From positions 3,550 through 36,119 of the forward strand of contig PS015251.1 in NCBI GenBank assembly GCA_048213135.1: DNA of 32,570 nt. Reading direction: 5' to 3'. This DNA comes from Reclinomonas americana ATCC 50394 (taxonomy: Eukaryota). The translations under genes and the position numbers were made by a program. Under the pieces are notes generated by a model that saw nothing but the letters and a program-made list of their open reading frames with translations, was not told the DNA's origin and searched no databases. Shown here piece by piece: positions 21,581 to 32,563 of the stretch; position 1 is the stretch's first letter; each line of letters starts with the position of its first letter.

Positions 21581-24500
21581 TCACATGATTGCACATCTGC
21601 GGCGGTTGCTGCGCGGAGGCTCCTCCGGTTCCGGATCAGGAATGTCGCTAGGCAGCTGTGCGGCGCCGGCAGTGACATTGCAGAAGGCGTCCACGTACTG
21701 CAGGGGAGGGAGAGGGGGAGGGAAGGAGGGTGAATGGGAAGAAAGAGTCTGTGTCGAAGATGAGTCGCGCAACATCGTGAGTGATTTGCGGAAGTGGCTT
21801 GTTGACGTAGCGCAGCACCACGAGCGCGTCGGGATTCTCTGTCGCTGGCGGTGAGGCACAACCGCGAGGGAGTCAGAGAGAGGATAAACACACCTGCCGT
21901 GCGACCCGGACGCGGTGCCACCACCGCAGAGCAGTGTTCGGGCTGGTTCTCGGCGCCGAGGATCGCGCGGTCTGCGCCGCCGTACTTTTCCACGTGTTGC
22001 TGCATGTCGCCCCAGATGTCGCGTCCGTTCTGCAGCGCCCTCCGCTCCACCTCCCATGAGAACAGGGAGCTGCCGGTTGATGGCCCTGCAAAGAAGAGAG
22101 TGAGCACTTGAGTTTATCATAGGTTGCACGACACACAAACCGTAGGGGTTCACTTCAATCAGCCAGCTGCGGGTGCGATCGGCGGAGAATGCAAAGTCCA
22201 CGATGCATCGCTCGTACGGCAACACGGCCAGTATCTCCTCAAACATGGCGCACATGCGGTCGAGGAATTCTTGCTGCGCGCGAGAGGTGAGCGAGGGGCA
22301 AAAGGAGGAAGGGGGCTGTGATGGAGCGTGCGACGTACCGCGTGCTCAGCAATGGTGGGAAAGAACACAATGTTGGTGTACTGGGAGATGCCGATGAGCT
22401 GGCGGTCGCAGACGATCTGCGAAATGGGGGAAGGGGAAGAGAAGGGGGTGAGAAGGGGAAGGGGGAGGGGACGGGGAGGGGAGGGTGAGGGAGAAGGGGA
22501 AGGGGAAGAGGATGAGGAAGGGAGAGGAGAGGAAGGGAGGGAGGGAGGGAGGGAGGGAGGGAGGGAGGGAGGGAGGTGAGGAGAGGGAGGGAGGGAGGGA
22601 CTGATAGACTCGTCCCGAANNNNNNNNNNNNNNNNNNNNGGGGAGGGGAGGGGACTGATAGACTCTCCCAACTTGTCTCGTTCTCTGCCTGGCTGTCACT
22701 CTTTCAGTATTCAAACTGCTGCCGAATGCGTGGCTCTCTCTCCTATCTGCCGTTGCCCTGTGTCAGTACGTTGTGCGTCAGCCAGCACCCTTCTCAATGG
22801 TACAGCAGAAATATGAGGACAAACAAGCTCTCATTCTCCTCTCTCTTTTCCAGCTAATGCTGGTTGCTCATTTTTCTGCGTGGCTTTCTCCGTTCTGTGT
22901 TGTCACGATGCAAACAACCCTGACGCCGACACGTTTTCTGTCTTGCGCCCTCGAGTCTCACAACAATGGTGCAGATACTGACCTGACATTTTCCTCTCTC
23001 TCTCACTTCCCTTTCCCTTTCCCTTCCCATCCCATTCCCACCACTCACCCCGCGAAACTCCAGCGCCGGATCGAGGTCCGCCCACTGCCGAATCACCACG
23101 TGAAAGTTGAACGGCTGCGTGTCCATGTGCATGATGGCGCCGATGAGATCCGTGCGAACGCGCTCACTGGGAAGAGGAGCGAATCCGTCGGCAAAGGAGC
23201 AGGAAAAACGGAGGAGAGTGCAATACTCACCTGCGCACCATGGCCCACATGGCGTCCGCAGCGGAATGAGAGCAAACCAAGCGTGTGGCGGCAGTCTGCG
23301 GTGATTGTCAGTTGCACTCTTCATGCTTCCTTCCTTCCTCCCTCCACTCACCAACAGTGCATGCAGTCTTCCATTCGCCGACGGCGGTCCTTCTCCGCAC
23401 ACCGCTCGCATCTGCGGTCATGAAGTGAGCATCCCATCTCCCAACCTCCTCCATTTGGCATACGCACCTCCTCCTCCACCACCTCGCGATACCGCGGGTG
23501 ACTCTCCAACAGCCCAGCATCCTTGGGCGATCGTGTCGACAGGCGTACAAATGCACCGCACGCAGTCCACTGCTCAGCCTATTGCAGGAGAAGGAGACGA
23601 TCAGCAAGAAGGAGAAGAAAGAGGAAGAAAAAGAGGAGTGGGAGCATCGGATAAGGAAGAAGAGGAGAGATGGAGAAAGCAGGAGAGAGCAAGGAGCATG
23701 GGGTGAAGGAGGATGATCGAGGAGAACAAGGAGAAATGCAAGTGCAGGTGTGGGAGAAAAGGAAAGAACTAATGGAAGGAAACCGGGAACCGAAGTAAGG
23801 ACGGACGATGCGAATGATGCGACGAGGTGGAATGGAGAGAAAGACAAAGAAGAAGAGTAACATCGACAACAGAATGAATGCAACGCGGGGTAACGACAGA
23901 CGGAGAAGTAACTGAACCACAGCACCACCGTCACTACCATCACCACCAGCGGATCGAAAGAAGACGGAGGTTAAACAGAGAACACCCCTTGCCTATACCG
24001 CCGCACCTCCAACACTCGCTGAATCTTCTCCGACAACTGCGCATACGCCGGCAACGTCGCACACAACCCCTCGTGCGACACATCCGCAAACGACGTGTCC
24101 AGTCCAGCCGCCTGCGAGCGTTCCACTGCGCGAATGACCGTGTATGCCTCGTCGATCGCTGCGTAAAAGCAAATGAGTTCACAGAGAAAGGAAACATGAA
24201 AGAGAGAGAAGACGGACCGAACCCCAAAGACGACAGCAAAGAAGGCGATTGATCATGCATGAAAATCGCAAACAACGAGCAGTGTGAATAAGAAGCGATT
24301 GGGCGGGGGAGAGAGCATGCTTCTAGTGTGCGTTGGCGCGTCGTAGGCAGGGAAGTGAGAGAGGAATGAAGACGATCGACAAGAGCGAGTCAGGGAAGAG
24401 ACAACAATGAACATGACCGATCATACTTGAATCACAACAATCAGGTCATGCAAATGAGAAGCGACTGGGCGGAGGAGAGAGCATGTTCGCTTGTGTGTGC

Positions 24501-25303
24501 CGTAGTCAGGAAAGAGACTCAGCAACGACTGCGATCGTGTGAGTGCGCAGTGGAGAGGGAAGATAAGGATCGATCATGTAAATCACAAGAATCGAGCAGT
24601 GTGAATAAGAAGCGATTGGGCGGAGGAGAGAGCATGCGTCTAGTGTACGTTGGAGCGTCGTAGGCAGGGAAGAGAGGAATGAAGACGATCGACAAGAGCG
24701 AGTGAGGGAAGAGACAACAATGAACATGACCGATCATGCATGATAGTCGCAACAATCAGGTCATTCGAATGAGAAGCGACTGGGCGGGGGAGAGAGTATG
24801 CTCGCTTGTGTGCGTGCGTTCGTCGTAGTCAGGGAAGAGACTCAGCAACGAATGCAATCGACAAGAGAAGAGTCAGGGAGGAGATAACAAAGAAGGCGAT
24901 CGATCATGCATGAAAATCGCAAAAATCAAGCAGAGTGAACGAGGAGATGACAGGCTCGAGAAGAGCATACACCGCTTGGAGTGTGTATGTGGTGTGTGCG
25001 TCAAGGACATTGACAAATGATCGCTCTTTCCTCTCCTTCTCATCAGCGATCGCTCACCTCGCGCCTCTTCGATCGTCAACGGCAGAAATCGCGTGGCAAA
25101 CGTCCACGGAGCAAGTGCATCGATCCTACACTCATCCCGAATCAGAGAGCGAGAAAAGTAAGAGAGACAAGTGTCGATTGCTATTTATACAAACGCAACC
25201 AATGTTCCGGATCGAAATGCGACGAGTAGGCGAGGCGACCGGCGTCGGCGCCCGGGCCAAAGGTGAATGGGTTGATGGAGGCGTCGGGTTGCGCGGATGA
25301 CAT
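21581..25303 (-). CDS. Cdc123/R2K-clade ATP-grasp protein with C-terminal CaaX motif (~422 aa, 12 exons)
   Basis: Exons 25303-25200, 25125-25058, 24158-24007, 23578-23468, 23411-23352, 23295-23231, 23166-23049, 22416-22339, 22273-22141, 22085-21894, 21844-21774, 21697-21581 (1269 nt, in frame). Motifs FDPEHW..LAPWTF, AFVRLSTRSPKDA, SERV, VVIRQW..LDPALEFRGIV...LIGISQY, IVDF, WLIEVNPY, SSLFSW. Ends RSNRRRCAIM*. Confidence 0.88.
24250..24925. repeat. ~316-nt tandem duplication in intron 2 of the ATP-grasp gene
   Basis: gagcagtgtgaataagaagcgattgggcgg...gagactcagcaacga occurs at about 24277-24540 and 24593-24860. Each copy has an internal diverged subrepeat. Confidence 0.85.
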
Positions 25304-25384
25304 GGTGTTGGCTCAACGATGGACGGCGAATGGGGCGGAAAAGGAAATGTCCTGGGAGGACGATGTGAAGTTGAAAGGGAAGGG

Positions 25385-27300
25385 ATGTCGCGAGTGGGAA
25401 TGCGTGGTTTTGTGATTGGTATGTGTGTGTGTGTGAGACAGAGAGAGGGAGAGTGAGGGAATGAGAGAGAAGAAAGAGAGGAGAGAATGAGAGCGAAGGA
25501 AGAGTGGAGAGAAAACTGATGCAATGCATGAATGTGTGTGTGCGAGAGAGAGAGAGAGAGAGACTGAGTGAGGAGAGTAGAGGATAGTGAGACCGAGAGA
25601 GTAGAGAACAAGTGAGAGAGAAAGAAGAAAGAACGGAAAAAGTCCGAGTGACTTGGCGAGTAAAGAGAGAGAAAGATAGACACACACACACTCTCTCTCT
25701 CACCCACACTCAGAGAGAGAGAGAGAGCGCGCTGTACAACTGAGGGTAGAGAGGGGCGAGAGAAGGAGAAAAGAGAGAGAAATCCGAGACACACTTCTCT
25801 TCCCCCATCTCTCCCCTTCTCTCCCCTTTCTCTTCCCCTTCTCTTCTCCCCTTCTCTTCCCCCATCTCTTCCGCCCCTCTCCCCTTCTCTTCCCCTTCTC
25901 TTCCCCCCTCCCTTTCCCTCATCCTTCCCCTCACCCACCCTTCCCCTTCTCCCTTCCCCCTTCACGCAGCCATCACCACCACCACTCTCCTCCTCTTCAT
26001 CACCCTCTCCACCCTCGCCTCTCCCCTCCGCGGCGACTCTGCCTCCCATTCCACAAGCTGCCGCGGCACCTCGCCCATCGACTACACCCTCGTCAAACCC
26101 TCCACCCCCGCCTCCTCATGGATCGGCTACGGCAAGGAGCTTCAACTCAACTGCCTCTCCGGGAGCATCACCGACGGCACGGCAGACGCACCCCTCCTGC
26201 TCTTTGTCAACTCCACCGCCGTGCACCACTTCAACATCACCTCGTGGACCGACGATCGCCAGGCGCTGGCCAATGGAGTGCAAGTCGGCCTGCGCTGGTC
26301 GTCGCCGACGCCGACGCTGTGGACGCTGGTGATGGAAGGTGGTAGTGGCGGCGGCGGTAATAATGTGCGAGTGGCGCTGCGTGCCGACTTTGTGATTGAC
26401 GGCGTGCTGGTGCCGGGCTTTGACGGGCAGCCGTGGTCGGCGCAGCATGTGGGCCGCCATCGCCTCGCCACGTTGGACCTCGGCTACGGCACGGTGGTGC
26501 GCTTGAATTCGCTGCGCGGACAGCTGTGGGACGAGCACTCGAGCGCGCCGTCGTTCCTCCTGCAGCTCATGCCGCAGCAGTACCCCGACTCGCTGATCGA
26601 CCTCACGCCGCTGGTGCGCAACGCACCGCAGCTGGCCGGCGGACTGGCCATCAACGCGCAGTACGTCGTCCAGCAGGGTGACACGGTGGTGCCGACGGCG
26701 TGGACGTTGCAATTCCAGAATTTGAACGAGGTGTGGAACTCCGACCTGCTGCTCTTTGTCGACGCCAAGGTCGCGCCGGCGCCGCCGCCACCGCCGCAAG
26801 ACAATTGCCGGCCGGCGTGCACGCCGCAGGGCGCCATTCCACTCGCCGACTGTGCGTGGTACACGAGTGCGACGGGCGGCATCACGTGGCTGCCGACGTC
26901 GTACGCCAAGGCCGCCGCTTGTGCGTGCACGCTGGAGGGCTCGCCGGGCGCCCTCTCGCCCTCGGCGCAGTGCGTGCGCGAGCAGGTGCACCTCGGGCAC
27001 ACCAGCGAGGCGTACTGGACGGAGGCCGAGAAGCAGGAGTTGGCGCACTGGAAGGCGCAGCTCTGCAACGAGTTCTTCTGCTACCCGCAGTACGGCGCGA
27101 TTATCGAGCGCATGTCGTCGGTGGCCTACAAGCTGCACATGGACGCCTACGCCAAGTGCTGCTGTCCGCATGGGGCGGCGCCGCCGGAGGATTGGGAGTT
27201 GCTGATGTTTGGCAATTATGATGGGTGGGTGTCGTCGGTGTGTAGGGTGGTGGTGTGGTCGATTGAGACTTTCGGGCCGTGTGGGTGTGAGAGGTGGTAG
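25385..27300 (+). CDS. Predicted secreted protein: signal peptide, N-terminal domain, Pro linker, Cys-rich C-terminal domain (~450 aa)
   Basis: Long exon 25970-27300 follows a CT tract and cacgcag acceptor, with strong coding codon bias. Probable first exon 25385-25418 (MSRVGMRGFVI; G|gtatgt, phase 1; alternative ATG at 25400) gives the signal-like MRGFVIAITTTTLLLFITLSTLASPLRG. The first exon is tentative. Confidence 0.75.
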
Positions 27301-28262
27301 GTGGGGGGAGAGAGGGGGAAGGAGGGAAGGAAAGGGGGAGAAAGGGGGAAGGGAGAGAGAGGGGGAAGGGAAGGGTGAGTTCAATGTATGTTAATAATGA
27401 GTTTTTTTGAGATGAAGGGGTGGGAGGGCAATGGACGCTGAGGGACATTGGGATTGGGCAGGCAGAAGAGAAGGAACCAGAGTGTGAGAGAGAATGATCA
27501 GCGCGCAAGTAGTAAGAGCGCATTCGAGAAGGCAATTGCAAGCATAGAGTGGGAGAGAATCATCGACAGAAGGCGGTGCAAGTGTGTTGATTGTGTGCAG
27601 GTCCGGAGGGAAAGCGAGAGGCACACAAAGTGTCAGAGTGTTGAGATCGGACAGAATGAGTCGAAAGAGTCATCTGCAAGGGCACAAATGACGGCAGACG
27701 ATGGGAGATTGAATGAGAGAGAGGGATGGGGCACTGTTGCGAGTACATGAAGCGCAGGCTGGCGAACAAGGAGCGATTTTGATGAGCTGTGTGCATGTTG
27801 ATTTGCGCTGCAAATACCGCGACTAATTTGCTGACCAGAAGCGAAACTGCGCCTGCAAGACTCGACACAAGCTCAAGAGTGGTGCGTTCTCTGTTGCGTA
27901 GGCCTTCCCTTGCCTGATGTTGCTGTGGTTTTCACCTTTGCAAGCAGAATGGCAATTTGCTGTGGAAATTGAATTCCGACATGCATTCCAAGCCACGGCC
28001 TGCGCTCTTTGCTTTCTGCCCCATGGCCCTGCTGAGCACCCTTCCGAGTCCATCGTTCACGCTTCTCGGGCCCGGCGCGGACTGACATGCGACTCGCTTG
28101 CAAATGTTCGCCATTTCGCCAAGTTGCGCACAAGAAAAGGCTCGCGTGTTCGTTTAAACACTCACCTCATTCTTTGCCTTCTCACACGCGCGCACAAACC
28201 ACCGCCGACTTAACGAAAAAGTCTCGCACTTCCACTCTTACCACACACTCAACTCAGCAACA

Positions 28263-31200
28263 ATGGCAGATGGTGAGTGTGTTTCGGACAGAGATTATAT
28301 TGCAGTGTGCGTGTGCGTGTGCGTGGGTTTTGTTTTGTGAAAGTCGACTTTTTTGTGTGTGTCTCTCTCTTCTCAGTCTCTATCTCTCTGTCTGCTATGA
28401 GAGAGGAAGAGATGCAGTATCACAGTGAGACTTTGACAGTCATCTCGATTCACATTGCGCAGATTTGATTGATTGATGTGTATGTGTGTGCGTTGTTTGT
28501 CCGAGTGCACAGAGGACGCCTATGCGCATCACAAACAGTGAGGAAGTGAGAGAGGGAAGTGAGCATGTGTGTGTGAGAGAGAGAGTGAACGGTGTTTCGC
28601 ATTTCTTTGGTTTCATTGTCCAGAACTGAGTATTGGCACTCTCGTTTTGCAGCGCTTCCTTTTTTTCTCCCTCTCTCTCCCTCATGCGCGCTCATACGCG
28701 CCCGTGCCATCTCTCCTCTTTGCCTCTTGCTTTTTATTCACACGAGAGAGACAAAATATCGAGGAATTATTCCGTGTCACTTCCTCTTCTTTTCTCACAA
28801 GCACCCTTGCCTTCTCCTCTCTGCCTCCTCTTGCTTTTTATTCACACGAGAGAGACAAAATATCGAGGGATTATTACGTGTCTAATTCTTCCCTTCTCTT
28901 CTTTTCTCTTGCCTTCTCATGTCTGCCTCCTCTTGCTTTTTATTCGCATGAGAGAGAAGGAATTATTCCGTGTCTAACTTCCACTCTCGCTTCTTTTCTT
29001 GCGTCGAAGAATGGTTGTCATCGTCTGGCATTCGCTGACCTCCACTTTCTTGCGCACTATATTCTTGTTCATGCCTCTGATATCGTGGTCACGTTCCGTA
29101 TTTCTCTTCGTCGCTGGTTCCCTGTTATCGACGTTTCTTTCTTGCCCGCATTCTGTTCGTCATTTGCATGTGCACACAATACGCGTCAATTGTTGCCTCT
29201 TCATCTCTCGTTCGTTCTTCTTTTCCTCCTCTCCGTTGTCGCACCAGATCAACACTTCTTCTTCAACCGTTCACAGCGGCTGGCTCTCTCCCTCTCCCTC
29301 TCCCTCTCCCTCTCCCTCTCCCTCTCCCTCTCCCTCTCCCTCTCCCTCTCCCTCTCCCTCTCCCTCTCCCTCTCCCTCTCCCTCTCNNNNNNNNNNNNNN
29401 NNNNNNCCTTTCCCTCTCTCCTCTCTCTCCCTCTCCTTCCCCCTCTTTCCCTTCTCCCTCTCTCCCTCTCTTCTCCTCCATCTCCTTTACATACTCTTTC
29501 CTCTCTTTCTTGATTTTTCTCCTCCCTCCCCGCTTCCCCTCCCTCGCCCCTCATCGCTTTTTCCCCTTTACCCACTTCCCTTTTTTTTGCACAGTCGTTC
29601 CGCAAGTGAGAGACGGGTACTCGGAGGAGGAGCTGGAGAAGGGCCGCCAGCTGAAGGCCATTCTCACCTCGCCGACGTTGCGTTTTCTCTCGCATCTCTT
29701 CCAGCGTGCACACAGGCTGAACTCACTCTCATTCTGCGCGCAGATTCGAGGAGGTGCCATTGACTGGATTCTCGTGGTGTCACCTGTGTTGCTCACTTGT
29801 CTATGCGTGCAGGATGCCGCCAAGTCGTTCAACGACATGGTGTGTGCGTGTGCGCGCTTCTTCTGCTGTGCCGTCAAGTGTGCTGACAAGGTGGATGCAG
29901 TGCGACGGCGCCGACATTCCGAAGGAGGTGACCAAGATGCTATTCGCGTCGTGGAACGAGGCAGCCAAGAACTACACCGACTCGGTCGAGTGCCAGGTGC
30001 CGACCGAGGGCGATGACGTGAGTAATCCAGTACGATTGCATTTTTCCAGTCTTCATGCTAACCCCTCTCCGTTGTCTTTCAGTTCGAGGGGGCGTGGGCT
30101 TACTTTACTGGTGATGCCAGCTGCGAGAATCTCAATCTGGCGGCAGTGAGTTTTTTTGCACTGCCCGCGATAGCATACTTCCAACCACACTTCTCACTCT
30201 GCTCGCCACCAGTTCACCAAGGCGTACCGCATGTGGGCGTCGGGTGTGATGCGAAAGTGTGGAGTGGAGCTGGACGAGGGCGACGCTGCGCCTGCCTCGA
30301 GTGCCGCAGAGTGCGTGCCAATTTGGAGAGTTGATGCAAAGGAACGAGAGACTGATCGCGACTGTGTGTGCGTGTGCGTGTGCAGGGAATCTGCGAGCGC
30401 CGGGTATGTATGATCCTTGTTGATGTGATGTTTACGTTCTCTCTGTATCTGACGACTGTGGGCTCGTGGCATCGCGTTCTTGCAGCGGTGCACCTGGTGA
30501 GTTTGTTGTGCTTCAGTGAGCTATAATCGGGCTGTCTCCTGACCTTTTTGTCTCTCTGCAGGCGACGAACTCCGTCAAATGATCAACTCTCCGCAGTTGC
30601 GTGGTGGTCGTGTCATCCTGTCTGCATAATGCTGAGCTGACTTTGTTGTTGCTCGCAGGTTCGAAGACGTGCGTCGCTAGACTTTCTTGTGCTCCGTGTC
30701 ACTCCTGCATCCCGTCTCCATACCCCTTCTTCTCTCAAAAGAGAGAACCCTTCTCCTGCAAGGAGAGACCCCTTCTCTTGCAGAGAGATGAGTACCTTTC
30801 TCCTGTACTGAGAGAGAATTCGTCGATTGCAGAAAGAGAACCCTTCTCCTGCAGAGGGAGAGAGAACCCCCTTATCCTTCAGCGAGTGAACCCTTTCCTG
30901 CATAGAGAACCCGTCTTCTCCTGTAGCGTTAGAACCTTTCTCTCCGTCAGAGAGAGAACTTTTCTCCTCCAAGAGAGTGAACCCTTGTCTTGTAGAGAGA
31001 GAATCCTTCTCTTGCAGAGAGAAACCCTTCTCTGGTACCCCGCTCTCTTCAGAGATAGACCCCTTCTCACTTCAGAGGGAGACCCCTTCTCACTTCAGAG
31101 AGAGACCCCTTTGCCTTGAGAGAGACCCCTTCTCACTTCAGAGAGAGAGACCCCTTCTCACTTCAGAGAGAGAGAGACCCTTGTCACTTCAGAGAGATAA

Positions 31201-31741
31201 CCCTTCTCCTGCAGAGAGATATATCCCTTCTCTCCTTCAAAGGAAACTAACATATCCCTTCTCCTTTGGTTATATTGCGCGCAGATGTGCCGCGACAGCT
31301 TCACCCAGTGCGACGTGAGTCTTCGACCGCACCGCTGTCGCCTAGTTCGTCTTGCACTCATTTGCATGTGCGCAGTCCGACGGCTCGGGAGCGCTCTCGA
31401 AAGACGAGGTGCGCACGCTGCTCAGCCAGCTCAACCTGGTTGCGGGCTTGATGACTGGTGGTTCGTTTTTTTGTGTCTTGACGAGCGACACCCATGTCAG
31501 TTCCTTACTCATATCGCTGTGATGCGTAGGATCGTCGCAAGAAATTCCTGTCGACGGACCTGAGGTGAGTACATCGTTGGCTGTTATTTGTTTTTTGTTT
31601 GCATGCTAACCATTGTCGCAGTTCGACATGATCTTCGCCATGCTGGACACGGATGGCAGCGGGAAGCTGGAGCTGGGCGAGTTCACGGACCTGTCTCGCC
31701 AGTTCTTCACCATGCTGGCCGACAAGATGTCGAGCGCCTAA
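28263..31741 (+). CDS. Two-lobed EF-hand calcium-binding protein (~249 aa, 15 exons)
   Basis: Exons 28263-28272, 29595-29676, 29744-29753, 29813-29839, 29901-30017, 30083-30145, 30213-30310, 30386-30403, 30486-30496, 30562-30595, 30659-30668, 31285-31314, 31376-31460, 31530-31564, 31622-31741 (750 nt, in frame). The C-lobe has canonical loops DSDGSGALSKDE and DTDGSGKLELGE; the N-lobe is degenerate. Confidence 0.85.
28720..28980. repeat. Three ~105-nt tandem units in EF-hand gene intron 1
   Basis: cctcttgctttttattc(a/g)ca(c/t)gagagaga...(g/a)attat recurs at about 28722, 28827 and 28929. Confidence 0.8.
30738..31240. repeat. ~25-nt minisatellite in EF-hand gene intron 11
   Basis: Roughly 15-20 units of agagaga(a)cccyttctc...cag. 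Confidence 0.85.
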
Positions 31742-32212
31742 GAGCTTGCCGACATTTTGTTTTTTTGAGACTCATTTGCCCGCTGTGGCACAGCAATCAT
31801 GAACTCCTTTATTGATTACGTATGTAGTCCAAAGACTGTAGGGTCATATGCATGACAGAGCACCGACGGTGGAGCATATGACAAAACGACGTTGATGGGA
31901 TCGCGGAACTTCCAGGTGGCCGACTACGAAGTGTTCCTTGTTGAGTGAATAACAAGAACACAGTACTTCTTGGTCGTTCAGGTGTCATCCATCTTGCATG
32001 ACATGCACAAGCACGACAAAGGCGACCACATGCATGTGTGTCTTGTCGATCGTTGCACACCTCTCTATCAAGAGCAGGGAAGACCACTGAACAGTCGCAC
32101 AGAACCCATCACCAACATCGCAGACTGTTGTTGCTGCTGCAGTGCGACTTCACGTCGGAGAAAAGACGTCCTGCATCGCGCGTCCTCTCATCTCTCCCTC
32201 ACATCACTGAGA

Positions 32213-32500
32213 ATGGGATTTAAAGACGGTGGCGGTGAAGGCAGCGGCTCTGCCTCTGCCCCTCCTCTTCCTCCTCCTCCTCGCGCAGACGGAGACAGCC
32301 AGATTGTTCTCGAGCAGCAAGTGATGCGACTCTCTGGCGAGGAACAATATGAGGTCTGTGTGGTGCGCGCTGTGCATCGTCGTCCTCCATCAGGAGAGGA
32401 AAAGGAGGAGGAAGAGAAGAAGCCACCGCGTTTGTGGATGGAGCATGTCGTGCAAGATTCGCGGGCAATGGCGGACGAGTATGTGTGTCCAGTGTGTTTG
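32213..32500 (+). CDS. First exon of a probable RING-finger (TRAF-like) protein, 3' partial
   Basis: ATG at 32213 opens a 96-codon frame ending ...AMADEYVCPVCL|gtgagt, followed by a GA-rich intron. Only the first CxxC is visible, so the RING call is tentative. Confidence 0.55.
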
Positions 32501-32511
32501 GTGAGTGAAGA

Positions 32512-32563
<52 letters not shown>

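Noticed and set aside
26116-27384. 422-aa minus-strand ORF
   Set aside because: Antisense shadow of the GC3-rich plus-strand exon.
27400-28260. Intergenic region examined for RNA genes or small CDS
   Set aside because: No tRNA, snRNA or coding signature could be recognised by eye.
31439-31445. Apparent additional shifted donor CTG|GTTGCGG in the EF-hand gene
   Set aside because: Wrong phase for the next exon; the ordinary donor GTTCGT at 31461 gives the correct frame.
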